6,305 nucleotides of DNA from Promethearchaeota archaeon (GCA_027031765.1 JALVPN010000008.1:1-6305); one strand, 5' to 3'; shown: positions 1 to 5,800, counted from the first letter of the stretch. Notes: generated by a model not told the origin, from the letters alone. A program made the numbers and translations.

Positions 1-112
1 CCGGCCTGCGAACACAGGGGTCCCGTGCTGCCCCACAGGGACAGCTACTTGGAGCGGATCATCTGCGGGGCCAGGCCGTGCCCCACGACTCAGCTCAGGA
101 GCACCCTGTCAC

Positions 113-571
113 TCACTCGGGACGTACGGACATGATGCCACCGACCTGGGACATGGGACTGTTGCCCACGTCCTGGCCGTCCTCATCAACAACGCCCCAC
201 TGTCCGGGCATCTCCTCCGGGAACGGCCACTGTGCCACGAGCACCTCACGGACGGTGGCCGATGGTGGCCCACGTATCAGGTACTCACGCTGATGGCCCT
301 CAAGGCGCACGACCCGTACCACCACATCCGAGTCGGGTGTGTCAGGCTGTTCGATGAACGGCATCCGTGTGACGAAGGAGGTGCCCGCCAGCATGGTGTT
401 CACTGCCAGACACATTGCCGACAGGAACAGGACAAAGGTCGCAGGCACCACCACTCGCGGGTCGAGGGGGAGCACATGATGGCCACCTAGGTAGGCCAGT
501 GACAGGCCCACGGCTAGGACTATCAGCCCGCCCGCACATATGCGGGTCATTCTACCGACTGCACGTGTCAT
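113..571 (-). CDS. Small membrane protein: two N-terminal TM helices plus a putative ubiquitin-like (beta-grasp) C-terminal domain
   Basis: ORF 113..601 in the track, with in-frame starts GTG 601, ATG 571 and ATG 550 (start uncertain). Hydrophobic segments ICAGGLIVLAVGLSLAYLG and VVVPATFVLFLSAMCLAVNTMLA. The last ~70 aa (VVVRVVRLEGHQREYLIRGPPSATVREVL...QWGVVDEDGQDVG...IMSVRPE) follow the ubiquitin strand-strand-helix-strand-strand pattern. No C-terminal di-Gly. Confidence 0.7.
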   Translation of the reverse strand: MTRAVGRMTRICAGGLIVLAVGLSLAYLGGHHVLPLDPRVVVPATFVLFLSAMCLAVNTMLAGTSFVTRMPFIEQPDTPDSDVVVRVVRLEGHQREYLIRGPPSATVREVLVAQWPFPEEMPGQWGVVDEDGQDVGNSPMSQVGGIMSVRPE

Positions 572-659
572 ATAGACCACCGACTTGGGAGCTGACAACA
601 CGACCCTGACGCATGGACACTCCCCTAGCCGTGCCGGACAGACGCAGCACGCGACACCA

Positions 660-675
660 CACCGGAACGCCGGTG
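660..675 (-). other. Small hairpin just downstream of the GTPase stop codon
   Basis: CACCGG-AACG-CCGGTG is a perfect 6-bp stem with a 4-nt loop, extendable by two G-U pairs on the minus strand. It lies 15 nt after the GTPase stop. No U-tract follows, so its function is unknown. Confidence 0.3.
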
Positions 676-690
676 CACCCTGAGACCACG

Positions 691-1281
691 CTACGGGCGG
701 CGGAACACCGTCTGCTCCGCCTTCTTCGCCTCCGCCTCGGCCATCATCTCGAGCAGTGAGTGGAATGCCGTGGATATGTTCTCGCCAGTCTTGGCGGACG
801 TCTCGATGAACCTAGCCGGTACACCGAGCTTCTCGATGAAGTGCTCCGTGAAGGCCACACCCTGTTCGGTCGTGACCTCAGGACCATTGGTCGTACCACG
901 GAGGTCGACCTTGTTGCCCACGATTATGGTGGGTGGGAGGTAGCCCAAGTTACGGTACGCCTCAACGAGCCACTTCGAGGCGTTGTCAAAAGAGGTGGGG
1001 TCCGTGATTGAGTACACCAGTATGATGCCGTTCGACCCGTGGTAGTAGTGTCCGCGCACCTGTTCAAAGGAGGGCTGGCCGGCCAGGTCCCACAGGATGA
1101 ACTTGATCACCTCGCCGTCGTACAGGACCCGTTTGGTCGCCAGGTCAACACCGATGGTAGCAAGGTGGCCTTCTATGAACTCTTCGCCAAGGTAGTTGCG
1201 GCGCATGCTTGTCTTGCCGACAGCCCCGTCGCCTATCAGGACCGCCTTCAGGATTATGCTTCCGTCGTCCTGGTCGCGCAT
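691..1281 (-). CDS. Ras-superfamily small GTPase, Rab-like
   Basis: All five G boxes are present: G1 GDGAVGKT, G2 ATIGVD, G3 WDLAGQ, G4 NKVD, G5 ETSAK. Rab-family-like motifs are IGVDL, KFILW, YYHGS and LVYSIT. ATG 1281 has GAGTGAGG upstream (SD-like), and an upstream in-frame TTG lies at 1302. Confidence 0.96.
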   Translation of the reverse strand: MRDQDDGSIILKAVLIGDGAVGKTSMRRNYLGEEFIEGHLATIGVDLATKRVLYDGEVIKFILWDLAGQPSFEQVRGHYYHGSNGIILVYSITDPTSFDNASKWLVEAYRNLGYLPPTIIVGNKVDLRGTTNGPEVTTEQGVAFTEHFIEKLGVPARFIETSAKTGENISTAFHSLLEMMAEAEAKKAEQTVFRRP

Positions 1282-1302
1282 CAGTCTTTCCTCACTCTGC
1301 AA

Positions 1303-1609
1303 GGGCCTCTAAGGGCGCCAACAAAGAAAAGTCTTGTCACACGTGACGACGGAGTGCGCCCGGGCGGGGCCACCGGGGGCTTCTCAGCCAAGACCCTGAG
1401 GTCCGAGTCTGCATGGGCCCGGTGATGGGAGGGCCGTGGTGGTCAGCAGATGTGACCCGGTCTCTGACGGCACCGTCTTTGCGGGCTCGGGGACGAGACT
1501 GGTCCGGAGTGGCGGGTCTCGGACTGGACGGCACACACGGTGCAGGCACAGGCTGGGGTCAGTATACACAAAGTAGAAAAACGACCGGTGGGCGCCGGGC
1601 TCGGTCACA
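1303..1609. promoter_or_regulatory. Divergent intergenic region with A/T tracts at both ends and a self-complementary GC-rich core
   Basis: The region lies between divergent genes. A-rich tracts ACAAAGAAAA (1321-1330) and ACAAAGTAGAAAAA (1568-1581) each sit ~30-50 nt from a start codon. Palindrome GTCAC-AC-GTGAC at 1336-1347. No canonical TTTAWA TATA box is seen. Confidence 0.45.
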
Positions 1610-2356
1610 ATGGTGGAACTGGTGTTCGGGGACCTCGCGACAGTGGACATTGTCCTCGCTGTGTTGACAGGTGTGTGCGGTTCGGTCGTCCTCGCGGCGG
1701 CCTACAGGATGGCAAACAGTGGAGTCCCGAACTGGAAGTCGAGGAAACTGGTACACGTGACTGTGGGCACACTGATCGGCCTCACAGTCATGGGCTACAC
1801 GAACCTGAGTGGCCCGGCGCTGGCAATAGTACTGTTCCTGGTGGTGCTGCTGTATGCATGGGCCCACAAGAGCGACCTGGTCTTCGACCTGCTGGTGGCA
1901 GGCAGCCGCGAGGGCGAGAGCAGGCTGAACACGTTCGCTTCCGGGCTCATGGGCGTGGTGGCATTTGGTGCGGTGTTCGTCCTGTTCTTCTCAAGGCCGG
2001 AGATCTTCGTGGCGTCAATCCTCGCGGTCGCATGGGGTGATGCCGCGGGAGAGGTCATTGGTAGGCCGTACGGTGGCAGGTTCATCAGGAAACGGTTCAG
2101 GAAGAAGTCCTTCGAAGGCGCGCTGGCAGTGTTTGTGTTCACATTGCTGGGGATTGTCTCAGCGCTCGCCGTCTACTCCACGGAGGTCAGCCCACTAGCG
2201 TCGCTCCCGCAGATAGCACTGATTGGTCTCGTCGTAGCACTCATAGAGGTCCTGTCAATCGGGTGGACCGACAACTTCTTCATACCACTCGTGACTGCGG
2301 GGCTCATGTGGCAGCTGCTCTTCCCTGGCATGCCGCTGCTGCTGTTCTCAGGCTAG
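1610..2356 (+). CDS. CTP-dependent polyprenol/phytol/dolichol/diacylglycerol kinase family integral membrane protein (COG0170/SEC59-VTE5-DGK1-like)
   Basis: About 7-8 hydrophobic segments. N-terminal SRKLVHV motif, CTP-binding signature WGDAAGEVIGRPYG...KKSFEGALA, and C-terminal TDNFFIP. ATG start and tandem TAG TAG stop. Confidence 0.88.
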   Translation: MVELVFGDLATVDIVLAVLTGVCGSVVLAAAYRMANSGVPNWKSRKLVHVTVGTLIGLTVMGYTNLSGPALAIVLFLVVLLYAWAHKSDLVFDLLVAGSREGESRLNTFASGLMGVVAFGAVFVLFFSRPEIFVASILAVAWGDAAGEVIGRPYGGRFIRKRFRKKSFEGALAVFVFTLLGIVSALAVYSTEVSPLASLPQIALIGLVVALIEVLSIGWTDNFFIPLVTAGLMWQLLFPGMPLLLFSG

Positions 2357-2402
2357 TAGGGTGCTGGGCCGGTGAGGGCCGCATGACGACCCACGTAGCG
2401 GC

Positions 2403-3335
2403 TCACCACTCATCCTCGAAGTGCAGGACAGGTTCGACCGGCCCATCGTAGTCGCTCATGCGCTCAATGCCCGACTCGCCCAGCTCACACACGAGCTTCA
2501 GTTCGCTGAGGATACTTGCCCACCCGATGTCGTAGCCGACCGCAGCCTCCGGCGTACGGAACCCGTAGTGGTGTAGCACGACGAGGGTGTCCTCGCCAAC
2601 CTGCTCGAACCGTACGTTCACCCGGGTCTCGAGCTCATCACCGTACACCCACGAGAACTCGATTTCCTTCTCCGGCTCCATCTTCGTGAACACAACCGGG
2701 CCCATGCCCTCGCCCCACCACGTGTATATCCCCGCATACCGCCGGTCAACACGTGGGCTGGTAGCACGGATGAAGTGGCGGAGCTTCTCCGGGTTCGTCC
2801 ACACATCGAAGGGCAGGGACGGTGGCGCCCGGCAGAGCACACTCATGCGCACCTCGGTGGGGTCGTACCGTGTCACGCGCAGGGGGTGGTACTTGGAATA
2901 GTCGAAACGCACTGCGGGCTCGCCGAGTTCGACAACGGACTTGAAGTTTGCCAGCAGTAGGTTCCAGTGCTCGGCCATGTGCAGGTCCTTGGCAGCCGAC
3001 GGTATGGCCCCGTGTCGCACCTCGAGCACCGAGTAGGTGGGCCGTTCCGCGAACCGCAGGAGGAACAGGGTGTCAGCACCGAGCACCCGCCACAAACACA
3101 GCACGGCCTCCTTTGGCTTCATGCGCTTGATCTCCCACTGTCCGCCCAGGTCCGTTGTCGCAGGCGCATTGTCCCCCATGAACTTGATGGCGCCGCCCTC
3201 CTCCAGGTCAGTGTGGATCTCGTTGCCAAGCCACTGTACCATCAGTACCGGGTCGAAGAACAGGTCCCAGACCTCAGTCGCAGGACGCGCAAAACGGACC
3301 ATGACGCGTAGCACTGGTAGCACTTCGTCAGGCAC
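2403..3335 (-). CDS. Tandem SRPBCC (AHSA1-like / START superfamily) domain protein
   Basis: Two repeats of the AHSA1-like pattern: RFARPATEVWDLFFDPVLMVQW...LEVRHG...HWNLLLANFKSVVE and CRAPPSLPFDVWTNPEKLRHF...IEFSW...VVLHHYGF...GWASILSELKLVCE. Probable start is GTG 3335 (alternatives GTG 3347, ATG 3302). The track's 423-aa N-terminal extension looks non-coding. Confidence 0.85.
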   Translation of the reverse strand: MPDEVLPVLRVMVRFARPATEVWDLFFDPVLMVQWLGNEIHTDLEEGGAIKFMGDNAPATTDLGGQWEIKRMKPKEAVLCLWRVLGADTLFLLRFAERPTYSVLEVRHGAIPSAAKDLHMAEHWNLLLANFKSVVELGEPAVRFDYSKYHPLRVTRYDPTEVRMSVLCRAPPSLPFDVWTNPEKLRHFIRATSPRVDRRYAGIYTWWGEGMGPVVFTKMEPEKEIEFSWVYGDELETRVNVRFEQVGEDTLVVLHHYGFRTPEAAVGYDIGWASILSELKLVCELGESGIERMSDYDGPVEPVLHFEDEW

Positions 3336-3374
3336 TCCATCGCCCACCCTTGAAAGTCCTATCAATGGACTATG

Positions 3375-3541
3375 GGCACACACCCTTATCTCTGTGACGG
3401 CAGGCACAGGGGACTGTCTGGGTGACCGACTGTCGCCAGTTGGGTCCACGGAGGTCTCGCCCTGTGCACTCGGTGTCCCGTGCCTACTCTCCCACGACCG
3501 GCAACAGGGTCTACGTGGTAGGGGACAGGGGGGTGTGTGCC
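3375..3541. repeat. 167-nt intergenic element bounded by an 11-bp perfect inverted repeat, with internal stems
   Basis: GGCACACACCC (3375-3385) pairs with GGGTGTGTGCC (3531-3541). Internal pairs are GCACAGGG/CCCTGTGC (3404-3411/3460-3467), TGTCCC/GGGACA (3474-3479/3522-3527) and CCACG/CGTGG (3492-3496/3514-3518). No target-site duplication is evident. Confidence 0.5.
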
Positions 3542-3556
3542 GGGCATGCTGCACCA

Positions 3557-3578
3557 CCAACACAGGCGAGTGTGTTGG
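3557..3578. other. 8-bp hairpin downstream of the minus-strand membrane-protein gene
   Basis: CCAACACA-GGCGAG-TGTGTTGG lies ~55 nt beyond the stop at 3634. There is no U-tail on either strand, so it is not called a terminator. Confidence 0.3.
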
Positions 3579-3633
3579 AGAAGAGAGGGGCCCGGGGTGG
3601 TACTGTCGTGCCATCCCTTCGTACCCGTGTGGC

Positions 3634-4068
3634 CTACTCAATCGCGCGGTACACAGGCCACCGACGCGACCCATAGGCGAACAGAAGTCCGGACCAGAGG
3701 GACCGGAGGAGGGATTCGGTGGGGTTGTCCGACCACGGGTTGCCAGGGCCCAGTAGCAGAGACCTCAAGGTGGGATAGTAGGTGAGGAACAACACGGCCC
3801 CGAGTAGGAGCACGACCACGGACCGCACCAACAGGTTCTTCGACAGTATGTACTTCTCCGGCCAGTTGTCGAGGAACAGGGAGACCACTATGACGGCAGC
3901 GATTGGCCAGTCGGCCAGGGCCGTGTTCACGTACACGATGCCGGTCGGGAAGGCGGTAGTGCCAACTGAAACACTGACGTCGAGGACTGCCGCGAATGCC
4001 GGTACAATCACGGCGACGAGAACCCCAGCGACGTAGAGCGTGACAAGCCCACGCAACGTGCAACACAC
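3634..4068 (-). CDS. Multi-pass membrane protein of unknown function, probably an N-terminally truncated fragment
   Basis: Third positions are strongly G/C from ~4044 to the stop. There are about 4 hydrophobic segments and three W-P motifs (ADWPI, DNWPE, RRWPV). No ATG or SD is seen at the start of the coding-like part (GTG 4068 and TTG 4056 are possible starts). The track's extension to 4167 is not hydrophobic and overlaps the hydrolase remnant. Confidence 0.6.
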   Translation of the reverse strand: MCCTLRGLVTLYVAGVLVAVIVPAFAAVLDVSVSVGTTAFPTGIVYVNTALADWPIAAVIVVSLFLDNWPEKYILSKNLLVRSVVVLLLGAVLFLTYYPTLRSLLLGPGNPWSDNPTESLLRSLWSGLLFAYGSRRWPVYRAIE

Positions 4069-4089
4069 CAGTGCAGCCAGGCCTGTTCT

Positions 4090-4359
4090 TGGTTGTCTGC
4101 TTGGGCTCACGACCGCGAGGCCGTGCTCGCAACAGCCGCCTCTGTATGGTTCCACGTCTGCGAGCACCTCAAGAGTTTCAGGGTGCTAACACTCCTCATT
4201 GTCGGCGAGAAGGACATTGCCACTCCCGGCTGGCCCTCATAGATGCTACGCGACTGGCGGCCGGACCAAGACGTGGTGGTGCTCCCCGGGACCGGACACC
4301 TTGTTGTCATTGTCCGCGCCGGCGAGTTCGACCGTCATGTAGAGGGATCCCTCGGATGA
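4090..4359 (+). pseudogene. Alpha/beta-hydrolase C-terminal remnant with an in-frame TAG
   Basis: Frame +1 reads WLSAWAHDREAVLATAASVWFHVCEHLKSFRVLTLLIVGEKDIATPGWPS*MLRDWRPDQDVVVLPGTGHLVVIVRAGEFDRHVEGSLG*. Acid motif LLIVGEKD (Asp 4213-4215) and His motif LPGTGH (His 4297-4299) are 28 codons apart. TAG at 4240-4242, TGA at 4357-4359. No start codon or GxSxG nucleophile lies upstream in frame (TGA at 3967-3969). Confidence 0.72.
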
Positions 4360-4529
4360 CATGCAGTCCCACCGTGATGAGATGGCAGACGCGATGCACA
4401 AGGGGTCGTGGGCGGCATGGTAGGAGGTGGGCCCAGTAGGCCCACTGGAGTGTGCCACGGAGAGTGAGAGTGGGACAGCCCGCATGGCCGTGACACGCGC
4501 CGTCAGCATGGACACGCAGGGACGTGGGG

Positions 4530-5414
4530 TCACTGGGAGACCGAGGCGGCACCGGCCCGCAAGAGGAGTCGGAGCACGGAGGGGACGACCAGCTCCTCGA
4601 ACTCATGGTATGGTACGTGGCCGACGAACTCAAGCTCAGCCTTCAGCTCCCTCTTGGCGGACTCGTCCAACGAGTGCCAGCGGTTGTGCTGGTACATTAC
4701 GCTGACCGGGTGAAAGAGTCCCGCGTCAGCAAGGGCCCGGAGGTGTTTCTCATATCCCACGGCCATACAGATGACAGTGACTATTGACTCCACAAGTGAC
4801 GTGAACTGTTTCGACGCCATCGACCGCGAGTGCTGTCGGACGACGGCACGGATTTCCGCCTCCGAGGGCGATGCAAGGCGCAGCTGGCCAAGGATGCTCT
4901 GCATGTTGTTGCCACCCTCCACGTAGGGTACCAACAGTGTGCCCCCAACAGCCACGAGCTCGGCGGAGGAGAACAGTGCAGCACACCCACCACCTACGAG
5001 CTGTTCGGAGACCTCGAAGAGCAGGCAGTTCTTGAGGTCCTCGACAACGGCGTCGTATTCCTTGAAGTCGGGCATCTCGTCGACCAGTCCAAAGATGTCG
5101 TTGTCGTAGCCCCTGAACGCATACAGGCCAAACATCTTCAGCAGGGCCCGTCTGGCCCCAAACCACTGGTCGCGGTAGAGACCGGCCAGCGAGTCACCAA
5201 GTTCCTTCCACGTCCTGTCCCACCCGACGGCGTGGACAGATGAACGCACTGTACTGCGTAGTGTCTCATCATTGAGGGTGGCCACAGCCCTCGGGATTGA
5301 CAGGGCCTTGCCACGGTACGCTCGGTTCGGCGTCAACAGGTGAGCCCCCGTACTAGTATGTATGACAACGCCCGTATTAAGTGGTCTGTATGCCACTCGA
5401 CCCCGACCATCCAC
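4530..5414 (-). CDS. Hypothetical soluble protein (~295-306 aa)
   Basis: Long open frame with G/C-rich third positions and a globular, acidic/helical composition. No motif recognised. Start uncertain (TTG 5450 or GTG 5414). Confidence 0.7.
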   Translation of the reverse strand: MDGRGRVAYRPLNTGVVIHTSTGAHLLTPNRAYRGKALSIPRAVATLNDETLRSTVRSSVHAVGWDRTWKELGDSLAGLYRDQWFGARRALLKMFGLYAFRGYDNDIFGLVDEMPDFKEYDAVVEDLKNCLLFEVSEQLVGGGCAALFSSAELVAVGGTLLVPYVEGGNNMQSILGQLRLASPSEAEIRAVVRQHSRSMASKQFTSLVESIVTVICMAVGYEKHLRALADAGLFHPVSVMYQHNRWHSLDESAKRELKAELEFVGHVPYHEFEELVVPSVLRLLLRAGAASVSQ

Positions 5415-5800
5415 CCCCAGCGACCACGGCCCCGACCAGTGGGACTGCAAGAGACGTGTCTGCCCAGTGGCTCCTTGCTAGCCCAGCAGTCGGACCGTGC
5501 CGGGTGTGTGTGGCTAGGCAGAGCGTTCAAGACTGCAACAGGACACCGGGTCACGGAAAGCAGCCCCGCGGCTCCCTCTCCCAGTAGTCTGGGCCGTGAC
5601 TGTGCTGTCATGGGACTGGAGGAGGTGCCCACAGACTTGACGACGTGGGGTGGGGCGTCTAGAGAGCTGTCCGGGCGCGACCGCCTTGGCCCGGGCCTCC
5701 CCCCACGGGGTCTCCTTTCAACCGTGTAGGAGAGCCGTGATGGCGGTGAGGGGACGGACGGTGGTGCGTATGGTGCCTGCTCGCACCGACCACACTGCCG

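Noticed and set aside
1-135. Open +1 frame from the window edge to TGA 133-135 (possible 3' end of a convergent gene)
   Set aside because: The peptide (PACEHRGPVLPHRDSYLERIICG...) has no recognisable motif, and the region is full of short GC stems like the other non-coding stretches. It cannot be judged without upstream sequence.
552-614. 20-codon minus-strand uORF (MRQGRVVSSQVGGLYDTCSR*) with GGAG upstream, ending 1 nt before ATG 550
   Set aside because: It could indicate translational coupling, but short ORFs like this arise readily by chance and there is no supporting evidence.
1354-1560. SRP (7S) RNA, RNase P RNA or tRNA in the intergenic region
   Set aside because: The SRP helix-8 motif, RNase P GAGGAAA/AACAGAA conserved regions and tRNA T-loop (GTTCRA) cloverleaf are absent on both strands.
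3336-3674. 113-aa N-terminal extension of the SRPBCC ORF
   Set aside because: It is low-complexity Pro/Arg/Ser text, overlaps the end of the neighbouring gene and spans the inverted-repeat element. It is an open frame by chance in GC-rich DNA.
3037-3756. 239-aa plus-strand ORF and other antisense ORFs (e.g. 1039..1425, 1540..2040, 1795..2142, 2587..2901, 4830..5243)
   Set aside because: These are shadow or alternative frames of well-supported genes, with no motifs and Arg/Pro/Ser/Thr-rich composition.
3890-3925. AAIGQSARA in ORF 3782..4036 as the missing hydrolase nucleophile elbow
   Set aside because: It is not GxSxG, it is in a different frame from the hydrolase remnant, and it is simply the antisense of the membrane-protein codons ALADWPIAA.
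4240-4242. Pyrrolysine readthrough as the primary explanation of the TAG
   Set aside because: All other TAGs in the window act as normal stops, no pyl genes are visible, and the gene is truncated and degraded anyway.
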